From positions 1 through 61,953 of the forward strand of contig JAWOHK010000057.1 of assembly GCA_046485205.1 (NCBI GenBank): 61,953 nucleotides of DNA. The letters run 5' to 3'. Positions within the stretch are counted from its first letter, which is position 1; each line of letters starts with the position of its first letter. Made by a program: the position numbers and the translations under genes. This DNA comes from Chloroflexota bacterium (GTDB lineage: Bacteria > Chloroflexota > Anaerolineae > Promineifilales > Promineifilaceae). Positions 11,379-21,163 of this stretch are shown here, piece by piece. The notes under the pieces were generated by a model. It searched no databases. It was not told where the DNA came from and saw only the letters and a program-made list of their open reading frames with translations.

Positions 11379-13001
11379 ATGATCGGTACAAACACTATGA
11401 TCTCAATCAGACGAATTCTGCGTATATTGATGGTATTCGGCCTGGTTACCATAGGTTTTACCTTGCTGGCCGTCACCGGTTCATCTCCGCCCAGCCGGGC
11501 GGCGGCCGTCGCCAATCCATCGAACTGGTGGGATGACAACTGGAACTACCGCGTCCTGGTGACGGCCAACGCAGCCGGTTACGCGCGTCAGGAAAAACCG
11601 GCCGAAATCAACCTCAACTTCACCCAGCTCCTGAATTCTATTAGCATAGGCAGCGAACTGGACCTTGACTCGCTGCGGGTGGTCGAAATCGACGACGGCG
11701 ACAACATCCTCGACACCGCGGTGCCCTTCCAGTTTGATCCGGCCAGTAACTTTAACGCGGCGACAAATGCCCGAGGCAGCCTGACCTGGATCTTGAAGGG
11801 TGACACGGATGCCAACGCCACCCGCCGCTACCATGTTTATTTCGATGTCACCGGCAAGGGGTTCTCGCCGGCGGCCGTCACGCCGCAGATGTCGACATCC
11901 GATGGCGAGATGTGGTCCGGATTTTCAAGCATCCGGGTCAACACTCTCAACGGCACTTATTATTACCATCGAACCGGCGGCGGATTTGCCTCGTTGGTCG
12001 ACGCCAATAGCCATGACTGGATATCCTGGAATCCGGCCACCGGCGCGGCGGGAGATTTCCGCGGCATACCCAATATGATCCATCCCGACGACGGCGGCTA
12101 TTTCCACCCCGGCCGCACGACCGCCAACACCGCCCTGCTCAGCCAGGGACCGCTGAAATCGACTTTCAGGTCGACCAACAATGCTGACCCGAATAACGGT
12201 GAATGGCAGGTGGTCTGGGAAGTGTTCCCGCGATACGCGCGAATGACGGTAACCAAGGCCCCGGCCGACAAGAAATACTGGCTGCAATATGAAGGCACGC
12301 CCGGAGGTGCGTTGAATGCCAGCACGGACTTCCTGACGCGATCGGATATGACCTCTATCCTGGCGTCCGGCACCTGGACGACCGACATTTCGAACGAGGA
12401 GTGGATCTTCGCCAGCGATCCGGGCGTCGGCCGTTCGCTGTACCTGGCGCACCACATCGATGACGCTTTCATCGACGGTTACTTCGCCCAGAATAATTCG
12501 ATGACCGTCTTTGGCTTCGGCCGCAGCGGCCAAAGCCGTTTCCTCAGTGGCACCGGCCGGCAATTGACCATTGGCCTGGTTGATTCAACGGTGTATGAGG
12601 CGGTCCAGCCGGCGGTCTATAATGCTTATAAGGCGCTCACGGTTAAGCGCGGCGCCGCGGAATACCTGGCCTTGCCGACGGCCACCCCCACCGCCACTTC
12701 TGTTCAGACCTCAATGCCCACACCGACAGCCACGAAAACGCCGACGGTTACGGTGACCGTCACGGCCACCTCGACAGCCACTGCCACAGCCACCCCGACA
12801 GCCACCGCGACTGCTACCCCGACAGCCAACGCGACTGCCACCCTGACGGCTACTGTTGCGGCAACCGCCACGGCCACTGCCACGGCCACCGCGACGTCTA
12901 CGCCGATCGAAACACCTACCATCACCCCCACACCTACGCCGACCCAGACGGTTCCGATCCAATTCGATATATACCTGCCGGGAATCATTTACCAGCCATA
13001 A
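11379..13001 (+). CDS. Secreted protein with a DUF2341-like N-terminal region, a beta-sandwich domain and a Thr/Ala/Pro linker
   Basis: Signal peptide, WWDDNWNYRV motif, ~90-aa (TA/TP)n linker, C-terminal FDIYLPGIIYQP. Start may be the ATG at 11397. Confidence 0.7.
   Translation: MIGTNTMISIRRILRILMVFGLVTIGFTLLAVTGSSPPSRAAAVANPSNWWDDNWNYRVLVTANAAGYARQEKPAEINLNFTQLLNSISIGSELDLDSLRVVEIDDGDNILDTAVPFQFDPASNFNAATNARGSLTWILKGDTDANATRRYHVYFDVTGKGFSPAAVTPQMSTSDGEMWSGFSSIRVNTLNGTYYYHRTGGGFASLVDANSHDWISWNPATGAAGDFRGIPNMIHPDDGGYFHPGRTTANTALLSQGPLKSTFRSTNNADPNNGEWQVVWEVFPRYARMTVTKAPADKKYWLQYEGTPGGALNASTDFLTRSDMTSILASGTWTTDISNEEWIFASDPGVGRSLYLAHHIDDAFIDGYFAQNNSMTVFGFGRSGQSRFLSGTGRQLTIGLVDSTVYEAVQPAVYNAYKALTVKRGAAEYLALPTATPTATSVQTSMPTPTATKTPTVTVTVTATSTATATATPTATATATPTANATATLTATVAATATATATATATSTPIETPTITPTPTPTQTVPIQFDIYLPGIIYQP
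12678..12950 (+). repeat. Low-complexity coding repeat (ACN-GCN/CCN)n encoding a T/A/P linker
   Basis: Translates to PTATPTAT...TATATATPTATATATP...TPTPTPT. Confidence 0.85.
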
Positions 13002-13057
13002 GAATGGCCGCAATTGGATCACGGCCGACCGTTCTTCAGCCGCTTTGGGTATCCTGA

Positions 13058-13531
13058 TTAGCGATATACCTCGGCCACCGTCCGCCGCAGGTCGACAAAG
13101 ATCGGATGCAGGCAGGTGATGATCTCGGCCAGGCGGCGGCCGAGTTGCTCCTGGTAGCCGGTAGTCAATTCGCCCCCCTTCCTGACCTCATATATCTTCG
13201 TCCAACCGCGATCCCACATTTCGGCCTCGATGCCTTCTCCCAGAGATGACTTAATCTCAAACAGGTTTCGCCGGAATCCGTCGAGCAGGAGCCGGTTGAG
13301 ATGATGGTCCCGGGCCTCGCAATGAAAGCCCAACTCCCAGCCCTGCTTCGGCCAACCCGGTCGTTGCAAAACCTGGGCGACTTCGTAATGGAGCGACGGT
13401 TCGCCATAATGAAGCTGCAGGAGCGACCGGTAGGGAAAGCGCACCTGAAAACCCTGCAACCCCGGCGGCAAAAACGGCCGCGTGATATCGGGCAGACCCT
13501 TTAAAAAGGCCGGTGTAGATAACGCCGTCAT
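13058..13531 (-). CDS. Hypothetical protein (~157 aa), probably leaderless
   Basis: Protein-like ORF (LHYEV, ELGFHCE, EMWDRGWTKIYE). TATACT lies 8 nt before the ATG at 13531. A homologous 5' fragment occurs at 48380. Confidence 0.7.
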   Translation of the reverse strand: MTALSTPAFLKGLPDITRPFLPPGLQGFQVRFPYRSLLQLHYGEPSLHYEVAQVLQRPGWPKQGWELGFHCEARDHHLNRLLLDGFRRNLFEIKSSLGEGIEAEMWDRGWTKIYEVRKGGELTTGYQEQLGRRLAEIITCLHPIFVDLRRTVAEVYR

Positions 13532-13645
13532 GGTTCTGTAGTATAGTCCCAAGCGAGCGAGGGATCGACGTATTATGGCCGGATTTTCGTCGTAGACATA
13601 GGCCGAACTCGGTCCCTAGATGTTGTTTCGCCATCATGGTCCGCG
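13430..13645 (-). repeat. Copy 1 of a ~200-bp inverted duplication (promoter region plus first 34 codons of the 157-aa gene)
   Basis: The reverse complement aligns with 48277-48481; I counted 15 mismatches in 102 nt of the coding part by hand. Confidence 0.85.
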
Positions 13646-13950
13646 CCTAATGTCTAAACTTGGGGTACTTGGATTGAGTCTTCTGCGGGAGCAGGAGGCT
13701 TTTTTCGATGTAGGAGGATGTTAAAACGAAGGAGTTGCAAAAGCGAGCTGGGTGGAGGCCCTGGCGATGGCCGTGCTCAAAACCTATACCTTCGACAGCG
13801 ATCACTGATCGGCCACGAGGCGATGTCCTCGTCGTTGGTGCGCGAGCTGGACGTCAGCGAGGAATTAAACCGTGTGGGTCGGGTGCGGAAAGCGGCCGGG
13901 AAGTAAGGGATTGGCGCGGGCTATCGGGCCGGCATGCCGGTTCGCACCGG

Positions 13951-14445
13951 CTACATCATCGACCCGACTTCTGGTTTCGGGATCGGGTAAGCGTCAATCC
14001 CTTCATTATGATAGTGTTCCATGATGGCGGTGGCGGCTTCCACGTCATCATCACCCACCCGCACAAGGACCAGCGACATGTCATCGCTGAGCGCTTCGTG
14101 AATGTCCATTCCTACCTTGGTATTAGCGCGCACGGTATAGAGGGAACTCAGGTAACCGCCGAGAACCGCGGCGCCGGCCGCACCCATCAGAACCGAAAAA
14201 ATTATGGATTGATTGAAGGTGATAGCCATCAGCCAACCAGCAACAGCACCTATGAGACCACTGATAATGGCGCCGAATAGCCAGCCCCGCGAAGCCGCTT
14301 CCTCCGGCTCGCCTTCCAGGAATTCAGGCACTTCGTCGATCGTGGTCAATTCCAGAATATCCTCCGACCGAAATCCAGCGGACACCAGGCTCGCCCGGAT
14401 CGACTCGACGTCTCGCGGCTCAAAATAACCAATAACTGCTTGCAT
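13951..14445 (-). CDS. Small membrane protein with a Gly-rich hairpin (general-stress/DUF1269-like fold)
   Basis: beta-alpha N-terminus (VIGYF...L..AGF...DI), Gly-zipper TM pair, C-terminal LVLVRV; AAGGAG RBS. Confidence 0.65.
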   Translation of the reverse strand: MQAVIGYFEPRDVESIRASLVSAGFRSEDILELTTIDEVPEFLEGEPEEAASRGWLFGAIISGLIGAVAGWLMAITFNQSIIFSVLMGAAGAAVLGGYLSSLYTVRANTKVGMDIHEALSDDMSLVLVRVGDDDVEAATAIMEHYHNEGIDAYPIPKPEVGSMM

Positions 14446-14490
14446 ATTTTATCTCCTTGCCGCACCTTGCCGCGCGGCCACATAGGATGA

Positions 14491-15000
14491 TCATTCCGCG
14501 TTGGCTGGATCCTCGCTATCAGGCGGATTTGGCTCAGAATCGGATTTGGGATCTTTCCCGGTTGCTCGCCTGATGATCCAATCCTCAACCGGTTTTACCC
14601 CTCTCAAGATGATCAGGGTCAAAGCGGTCAGACCGGCCGCCAAGGCATATTGCGACAAACCGACGGTGATTCCCACGCCGCCGACGAGCAGCAAGGAAGC
14701 GGCAGTGGTAAGTCCGGCGACATTGGATTGGTGGCGGATGATGGTACCGGCACCTAAAAAGGCAATCCCGGCCACCAAAGCCTCGATCATACGTAGCGGG
14801 TCGATTTGCACCAGGTTGTGGCCGATTTCGAGGGTGGGCACGATTAAATTAGACAGGCTGATAAACAACGCCGCCGCGGCCGCTACCAACATGTGTGTGC
14901 GCATCCCGGCGGCTTTGTCGGCTAATTCGCGTTCCAGGCCAATCACGCCGCCCAGGAAGGAAGCCAGCACTACAATTCCCAGAATTTTCAGTTCTAACAT
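14491..15000 (-). CDS. MgtC/SapB family protein
   Basis: GGVIGLERE...K.AGMRTHMLV, DPLR, GIAFLGAGTII, GLTTAASL. Confidence 0.9.
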   Translation of the reverse strand: MLELKILGIVVLASFLGGVIGLERELADKAAGMRTHMLVAAAAALFISLSNLIVPTLEIGHNLVQIDPLRMIEALVAGIAFLGAGTIIRHQSNVAGLTTAASLLLVGGVGITVGLSQYALAAGLTALTLIILRGVKPVEDWIIRRATGKDPKSDSEPNPPDSEDPANAE

Positions 15001-15085
15001 TATCTATCATAGTACAGGAAGGGTGGGACCAGGACTATAGGTCAGGGCATAGAGAATGGATACACAATTTATATATCCTTAAACG

Positions 15086-15122
15086 AAAGAAACCGGGTTT
15101 CCCAGAAACCCGGTTTCTTTTT
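15086..15122. terminator. Perfect 16-bp hairpin (AGAAACCGGGTTTC-type repeat), probable bidirectional terminator
   Basis: aaagaaaccgggtttc-cca-gaaacccggtttcttt. Related degenerate copies at ~28082-28108, ~28184-28217 and ~44243-44274. Confidence 0.7.
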
Positions 15123-15207
15123 GGCTCACGAGGCTACGTCTGTACCCCAGAGGGTGGCGCTTTATCAAGTGAGTCGCTTGCTCATTCGTGGCGAATTTCA
15201 GTGGTTT

Positions 15208-15699
15208 TTATTCTTCGGCGAAGGCAGTTTTCAACTGCTCTTCCTGTTCGGCCGTCAGATTGGTCGAGATGATCTCGAACTTGGGGGCCGCTTTCAGTCC
15301 TTCTAGGAACTTGTCCGGCGTGGATTGGGCGACTAACAGGAACAGCGCGGAGGTGCCTTCGGTTACCTGCGCCTGCACTTCCTTGATGAAGTCATCGCTG
15401 ATGCCCACATCGGTGAACTTGCCGGCCATCGCGCCCATGGCCGCGCCAATCGCCAAACCGAGGAGCGGGATGAAGAAGATCAGGCCGAACAGGAAGCCCC
15501 AGAAAGCGCCATTCAACGCACCTAATCCACCGAGGCTATGCAATTGTTCGGTCTTGGGCTTTTTCTTGCCCTCGGGCCAGGTCACAATGGCTGCGTCCTG
15601 AAGCGTGACCAGCTCCTGCTTGCCCAGGCTTTCAATGACCTCCAGCGTTTGTTTCGCGCCCTCAGGGGTATTAAATTTCAAAACTGCTAACGTTGCCAT
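15208..15699 (-). CDS. DUF1269 family membrane protein
   Basis: DAAIV.W...KK, GALNGAFWGFLFGLIFFIPLLG, GISDDFIKEV, GTSALFLL, TNLT.EQEEQL; AAGGAG RBS. Confidence 0.85.
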   Translation of the reverse strand: MATLAVLKFNTPEGAKQTLEVIESLGKQELVTLQDAAIVTWPEGKKKPKTEQLHSLGGLGALNGAFWGFLFGLIFFIPLLGLAIGAAMGAMAGKFTDVGISDDFIKEVQAQVTEGTSALFLLVAQSTPDKFLEGLKAAPKFEIISTNLTAEQEEQLKTAFAEE

Positions 15700-15762
15700 A
15701 CCAATCAAACTCCTTATTGATGGTGGGTGACAAGAGTCTGAACCCTTGCCACCCGTTTAATT

Positions 15763-16062
15763 TTACTTACCGGAGTAACCCGGAATCCGATTACGATTGC
15801 CGTAACCACCGCCCGCGTATGAGGCGACATCGGCGGCCACCGCCAGACCCATCCACAGCCAGTCCCAGCCGGTGATGCCACCGGGCGCGATGGCCACGTA
15901 CATCAGCGTCGTGAAGGGGACAAAGATCAGCCCCAACACCGGCCAGAGCCACGTGTCAAATGCACCTACGGCCCCGACCCACTGGGCCGGTCGAGCCAGC
16001 CACCAGAAGATGCCCGCCAGACGCGGTCCGAATACCATGAACAAAGTCAAAAAACAACACAC
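15763..16062 (-). CDS. Small hydrophobic membrane protein
   Basis: GTG start after GGAGG; GPRL...FWWL, PVLGLIFVPFTTLMY, W.W.W.GL...AD. Confidence 0.75.
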   Translation of the reverse strand: MCCFLTLFMVFGPRLAGIFWWLARPAQWVGAVGAFDTWLWPVLGLIFVPFTTLMYVAIAPGGITGWDWLWMGLAVAADVASYAGGGYGNRNRIPGYSGK

Positions 16063-16132
16063 TTTAACTTAACCTCCACCGCAGTAATATATAGGTAGTC
16101 TCGTCTCCAAGAACCCTTATAAACGAATCACT

Positions 16133-18433
16133 TTATCCGATCCTGGTGAAGCGAGCGACCTCCTGGCCGGAGCCGTCACGTAGAATCAACTCGCCGGCAT
16201 TGATCTGGAAAGTAATAGCGGATTGCAGCGCGTTTAGATATACCTGTTCCTGAGCCGTGATGGCCGGGCTGCAAGCTATTTGCGTACCCGACAACGGCCC
16301 GATGCTGATGCTGCTGCCGCTGATAAAGTAAGACCCGGAGAAGTTGTTGCACCCTCCAAAAGCGCCTACCCGGCCATCATCATAGAAGAAGGCGTTCGGC
16401 ATCGCCTCGGTCAGCGTTGGATTGCCGTAGAGCGACATCGCCACCCAACCGGTGTTAGCCAGCGGATTGCTGGTGACAACCTGGATGGTGATAGTCTGGG
16501 TATGGACGGTACCATCGGGCAAGAGCACCCGCATCTCATAGGTGGTCGTCTGCTGCGGGCACACCTGCTGGCTGCCCTGGCCGGTCACCGGGTAGTTGGT
16601 ATAGGGTTGCCCGACCGGGTAGACCCACACCGCCTGGATGTTCTGCACATTCCAGGTCAGGGTCGTGCATTCGCCCTGGTTGATGACCGTATTGCTGGCG
16701 AAGAATTGCAGTACCGGTTGCGGGGTGGCCGCCGGGACGGGGGTCAGCGTTGGAATGGGGATGGGCGTCGCTGTCGCCGCCGGTGGTGGCGGGGCCTGGA
16801 TGACGGGGACGTTCTCCGTATTGAAGGCGCGGACGAAATCGGCCGCGACCCATCCCTGGCCATTCGGGGCGCCATCGACCGGCGTGACCCACCACCCGCC
16901 ATCGGCGCTTTGACCAATAATGGCCCCTTCCGCCTGGAATTCAGCCACACCGATGATTGGGTAGTCTGAACTGGGGCCGGTACGAACATTCACGCCGGCC
17001 GGCGCGATGACCTCGCCATAGGCGGCTTCGGGGTCTGGTCGGGCGATGATGACCGGCGGGAGCGGTGTCGGCTCCGGCGCGATGACATTCAGCCCGATGC
17101 GGTCAAAGACATAGGTCGGACCGCCGGCGGGCATCGCCAGTTCCATCTGCCGGCCACCGGGCCGCACGCGGTAGTTTTGCGCCGCCTGCAACGCGCCCAC
17201 GAACTGCTGGTCGTAAGAATCCTCGCCGCAGAAGGCCAGCGTCATTGGACCGGGCATGGCCAGATAACCACCGATCATGCCGCCCTGTCGCAGTTCATAG
17301 GGCATGCTGCCGGAGTTGCAATCGGCCCGGAAGCTCATGACGCCGTTCGTTTCATCCGAGCGGGTGTAGGTCAATGTGTAGTTGGTTGTGTCCTGTGTAA
17401 AGGCCACATCTGCCAGATCGACCTTTTCGGCGACCGGCTGCCAGATAACATGCTCGACACCGGCGACGGGCATGCCATCGATCTGTAACGAGCCGACCAA
17501 GGCGTCGAGCTCCGTCAGGTCCGGCTGCCAATCGGCCGGCGTTAAGGCGTTCAATTCCTCGTTCTGCTGGGCCATGTAAGCCGCCGGGTCACTGTCGACC
17601 TGGCTCATCTCATCAGCCGATACATCAGCGGCCGACATCGGCAGCGTCGGGCTGGTAACGGGATAGAAGAACGAAACCAGATAGCGGCCGTCATTGGTGA
17701 AACCCTGGTAAACATAACGCAGATTCTGGTTCGTCACCGGGTTTGAGCTTTGCTCCCAACGGCCGACGAAACGGTAACCGCTGATCGTCGCGCTGGTCAG
17801 CGGCGCGCCGGTGTGGTCGAGCTGCACGGCCACATCCAGCGCTCCCACTGTCTCGTTGAACGGTAGCGCGGCATAACCCTCAGTCAGTTCCGGCACGTTA
17901 AGTATGTTGGTTCGCGAGAAAATATCGTCGATAGCCTCGGAAACCACGGGATTGCCAGCGGCGTCCCATTGTGCCCTGAAAGTTTCGACGGGAATGATGT
18001 ACATAATGGGATCGTTCGGCTGTCGTTGGCTGGGTTCGGAGACTCCGAATAGGATCTCCATATGGGCCGGCAAACCGGTCGGGCCGGGCGGCAGGCTGGC
18101 GTCGTAGGGCGTCTCCGACACAAAGACCGCTTGCCAGGAATAGGGCAATCCCTGCGTATCCAACTGGATCATGCCCGGATGGAGGCCCACCTGGGCGAAA
18201 ACATCGGGGTCAACGCCGGTCGGGAGTGTTTCTGATTCCGGATCAACCTCCACTTCGGGTGGCACTTCCTCCACCGGCGCGGCGGTTTCCGCTGGGATAA
18301 CGGGTTCGGCTGTCGGTGCCGGCTCATTCGTCGCACAGGCAACCGTAAAGATTATCATCATGAGCGCCAGCCAGAACGGCATTTGCTTGATGATAAACAT
18401 TCGCTTAAGGGTAAACATCTTTCTTATTCTCAT
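16133..18433 (-). CDS. Lipoprotein with two META domains, a bacterial SH3 domain and an Ig-like domain
   Basis: Lipobox FTVAC; YVYQGFTNDGRYLVS domain; ADCN...TLAFC and GGCNNF...TQIAC (META); VNVRTGP...Y...GWV (SH3). True start may be a later Met. Confidence 0.8.
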   Translation of the reverse strand: MRIRKMFTLKRMFIIKQMPFWLALMMIIFTVACATNEPAPTAEPVIPAETAAPVEEVPPEVEVDPESETLPTGVDPDVFAQVGLHPGMIQLDTQGLPYSWQAVFVSETPYDASLPPGPTGLPAHMEILFGVSEPSQRQPNDPIMYIIPVETFRAQWDAAGNPVVSEAIDDIFSRTNILNVPELTEGYAALPFNETVGALDVAVQLDHTGAPLTSATISGYRFVGRWEQSSNPVTNQNLRYVYQGFTNDGRYLVSFFYPVTSPTLPMSAADVSADEMSQVDSDPAAYMAQQNEELNALTPADWQPDLTELDALVGSLQIDGMPVAGVEHVIWQPVAEKVDLADVAFTQDTTNYTLTYTRSDETNGVMSFRADCNSGSMPYELRQGGMIGGYLAMPGPMTLAFCGEDSYDQQFVGALQAAQNYRVRPGGRQMELAMPAGGPTYVFDRIGLNVIAPEPTPLPPVIIARPDPEAAYGEVIAPAGVNVRTGPSSDYPIIGVAEFQAEGAIIGQSADGGWWVTPVDGAPNGQGWVAADFVRAFNTENVPVIQAPPPPAATATPIPIPTLTPVPAATPQPVLQFFASNTVINQGECTTLTWNVQNIQAVWVYPVGQPYTNYPVTGQGSQQVCPQQTTTYEMRVLLPDGTVHTQTITIQVVTSNPLANTGWVAMSLYGNPTLTEAMPNAFFYDDGRVGAFGGCNNFSGSYFISGSSISIGPLSGTQIACSPAITAQEQVYLNALQSAITFQINAGELILRDGSGQEVARFTRIG

Positions 18434-18438
18434 CTTGC

Positions 18439-18472
18439 GATTCCAGGTCCGGGCTAATCCGGACCTGGAATC
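18439..18472. other. Perfect 14-bp stem hairpin directly upstream of the META lipoprotein gene
   Basis: gattccaggtccgg-gctaat-ccggacctggaatc. Confidence 0.6.
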
Positions 18473-18546
18473 AGGTTAAGGAGTGGGCAACAAAGGGCGT
18501 TTTGAGCCACTCCGATGCTGCTTATGGTTGTTTATATTTGGCGAGC

Positions 18547-19383
18547 CTACTCGGCTCTTTCGGCCAGCGTTTGGGCCAAATCGTCCAATCGCTCCGAACT
18601 GGCTAAGTCGGCGGCTCCATCAGCCAGTTCCGACGCACCTTCGACTACCAGATCGCGGGCTAGTTCGTCCGCGGCCACGGCTGTCTCAATCTCGTAAACA
18701 CCTCGGGCGGCGTACATCTCGCTGGCTTCGGCCAGTTCTTCCGACCGTCTAGCGGCGATATCCGACGCGGCCATTCTGAGCAGGCCTTCGTCGATCTCGT
18801 CTTCGCCCATTTCGCCGATTTCCTCGCCGGTAATGGCCATCACCTGGGACAAAGACCGGGTTGCCGCAGCTTGCAAGATCACTTCCACCGAAATCTCCTG
18901 GAGACGGTTGCCGCGGTCGGCCAGAACCAGCGCCATCACCGGCAACTCCAAGGCGGAGGCCACGCTGCCGATGGCCTCAAGCTCGCCGGCCATCCGCGCT
19001 AATTCAAGCCCGCGTTCCAGGTCGCCCAGGCTCATCAGGCCTACAATCGCGCTCATCGTTTCGACATCCTCGGAATGGGCCAACAGATCGGCGCCCTCGG
19101 CGATGTCATTGATCCCTGCGACCTCCACGACATCGCTCAAGGTCGATAGCCGGTTGGCCACCACGGCCGTGTCAACGGCGCGAGTTAGATCGCTGGCGCC
19201 GGCGGCAGTGGCCGCCATTCCAAGGGTAACCACAGCCCCGGCCGTTTGAAGCGTCTCAATCCCCGCCTGTTCCAACTCCACGCCTTCCAATGCCTCGGCC
19301 TTGGCTTCCTGATCGGCCAAGACGGCCGCTTCCGCCAGTTCTTGCTTGCTTACATTTGCCGTACTTAAACTCATTTCCTTCAT
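18547..19383 (-). CDS. Acidic Ala/Glu-rich heptad-repeat (coiled-coil) hypothetical protein
   Basis: AAGGAG RBS before the ATG at 19383; repeated Gxx[DE][LI]xx[GA] motif at multiples of 7 residues. Confidence 0.72.
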   Translation of the reverse strand: MKEMSLSTANVSKQELAEAAVLADQEAKAEALEGVELEQAGIETLQTAGAVVTLGMAATAAGASDLTRAVDTAVVANRLSTLSDVVEVAGINDIAEGADLLAHSEDVETMSAIVGLMSLGDLERGLELARMAGELEAIGSVASALELPVMALVLADRGNRLQEISVEVILQAAATRSLSQVMAITGEEIGEMGEDEIDEGLLRMAASDIAARRSEELAEASEMYAARGVYEIETAVAADELARDLVVEGASELADGAADLASSERLDDLAQTLAERAE

Positions 19384-19454
19384 TTTCTCCTTCGCATGGT
19401 CTCTCTGGACCATGCCATTGATGGATTGATACCTCTAAACAAAAAGATGTTCCG

Positions 19455-19515
19455 GTTCGTAGTCGCGACTTCAGTCGCGTTCTTGAGAGACGGCACTGAA
19501 GTGTCTACTACGAAC
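19455..19515. repeat. 61-bp REP/REPIN-like element, family A copy 1
   Basis: Terminal inverted repeats gttcgtagt/actacgaac and internal palindrome cgcgact-tc-agtcgcg; same length as the copy at 24942. Confidence 0.75.
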
Positions 19516-19588
19516 AAGTTGTGGTTATTTCTGCCACAAAGCAGTTGGTGTGTTGTGGCTTTACAGATAAGGTTAGCGTGGACGTATC

Positions 19589-20068
19589 TCACTCCAGCGC
19601 TTTCTTCAGATTCTCTTCGGCTTCTTCCGACAGCGTCGTGTGCAGTACTTTGCCGTGATGCTCCTGCAAGATAGCCCGCACCACATCCGGGTTCGCATCT
19701 CGAACCAGCACAAACAACGCCGAGGAGCCGGGCTGCAGGGAGTCGGAGACATCCTTGACAAAATTGCCGTCCACACCCAGGTTCATAAAACGACCGACCA
19801 ACGCACCACCGCCGGCGCCAATCAAAATTCCTGCTACCGGAAACAGGAACACGCCGAGCATCAGCCCCAATAGGGCACCGATCCCTGTCGCCGTCATGGT
19901 TCCGTGACTGACCTCATTCTTGACATGAACCTTGCCGTCAGCGTCCTTGCTGACCACAGCCGTATCTTTGAATGAGATGTTGTCGTACTTGGTCTGGGCC
20001 CGCAGGCTCTCCAACACGGTCGCCGCTTCATCCGGCGATTCAAATGCGATCACCACTAAACTGGACAT
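19589..20068 (-). CDS. DUF1269 family membrane protein (second paralog)
   Basis: DTAVVSKDADGKVHV, GALLGLMLG, GVDGNFVKDV, PGSSALFVLV, TTLSEEAEENL; GGAGG RBS. Confidence 0.85.
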   Translation of the reverse strand: MSSLVVIAFESPDEAATVLESLRAQTKYDNISFKDTAVVSKDADGKVHVKNEVSHGTMTATGIGALLGLMLGVFLFPVAGILIGAGGGALVGRFMNLGVDGNFVKDVSDSLQPGSSALFVLVRDANPDVVRAILQEHHGKVLHTTLSEEAEENLKKALE

Positions 20069-20171
20069 TTTTCCTCCGCTTGCTTTTTTGCCTTCCCGGA
20101 ATCACGACCGGTCGAAGACCTAAATTGATGTTGAATCGATCATCAGACCGCAATCGTTTTCATTATGAAGG

Positions 20172-21053
20172 TCAGGGAACAACTACCTTCACGGCGGCGG
20201 GCACAACCGTCACGGTCACCGGCGTTCGCCCCGAGTATTCACCGTCGGTCCAAACCGGCTGCTCCGGTTCGACCTCGATACGAATCTCTTTCCCGCGCCA
20301 GAAGTATTTCTCGGCAATTGGCGTATCAAACTCAAAGAACCTCTGTGCCGCGGCGCGCATGGAATCCAGGTTATGGGCATCCAAGGCAAATATTTCCAAA
20401 ATCCCGTCGTCAGGCGCCGAGAGCGCTCCGGTAATAGAACGACCACTCTTCGTCTGGCCTGAATTCACCACGTATATCCGCATCGCCTGAATGTCCAAAG
20501 GATCGCCGTCAATCGTCAGTCGATAGCGGGCTTCTTCGTTAGTGCGCTGCTGGAACATGTTAGCAAAATAGGCCATGGGACCGTATTTGTCCTTCATCTC
20601 GCGGCTGGTTTGTTGTTCCGGCTCGGTGCCGGTATACAGGCGCTGAATGAAATAGGCGTCGTTGGCGCGCACCACATCGATAGCCCGCGTATTGTTAGTG
20701 GTGCAAAGCAGTCGCGTCGCCTCGGCCAGGTTTTGCGGCAAGCCCAATTCATGGGCAAACCCGTTGCCTGTGCCGCCGGGCAATACACCCAGCACCACCT
20801 CGCTGCCGATCAGCGCATTGGCGATCTCGTGTTGAGTCCCGTCCCCGCCATAGCCGGCAACCAGGTCTGCGCCACCGACGATAGCGGCACGGGTCTGCTC
20901 GGCCGCATCGCCATATTTCTTGGTCACGCTCACATCCCAATCGACACCAAATTCATGAAAGATGTCATTGAGGGTATTGAGGATGGGTTCATCTTTCCCG
21001 GCGGCCGGATTGATGACCACGTGTATCCGTGAATAAGGGGGTGTCATGTTCAT
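20172..21053 (-). CDS. Diacylglycerol kinase family (YegS/DgkB-like) lipid kinase
   Basis: INPAAG, GGDGT, LPGGTGNGFA, DDG.LE, TDGE motifs. Confidence 0.9.
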   Translation of the reverse strand: MNMTPPYSRIHVVINPAAGKDEPILNTLNDIFHEFGVDWDVSVTKKYGDAAEQTRAAIVGGADLVAGYGGDGTQHEIANALIGSEVVLGVLPGGTGNGFAHELGLPQNLAEATRLLCTTNNTRAIDVVRANDAYFIQRLYTGTEPEQQTSREMKDKYGPMAYFANMFQQRTNEEARYRLTIDGDPLDIQAMRIYVVNSGQTKSGRSITGALSAPDDGILEIFALDAHNLDSMRAAAQRFFEFDTPIAEKYFWRGKEIRIEVEPEQPVWTDGEYSGRTPVTVTVVPAAVKVVVP

Positions 21054-21163
21054 AGGTCTGAGTGTTTACTCTCGTCGCGCGAACTTATCAGCCTGTCGCT
21101 ACTTTTGATTTACGAGCATCGTGCTTGAATACACGATCGATACCGGGCATGGCAGCCACTTAT

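Noticed and set aside
12678-12950. Possible CRISPR or non-coding tandem array
   Set aside because: It is an in-frame T/A/P linker with degenerate 6-nt periodicity, no constant repeat-spacer structure and no cas genes.
7156-13675. 13-bp inverted match (aatccaagtaccc / gggtacttggatt) as transposon ends
   Set aside because: A match this short is expected by chance in 62 kb. Similarity beyond it is patchy, and there is no transposase or target duplication.
13718-13906. 62-aa ORF after AGGAGG
   Set aside because: No recognisable motif. It may be a decayed fragment but cannot be supported as a gene.
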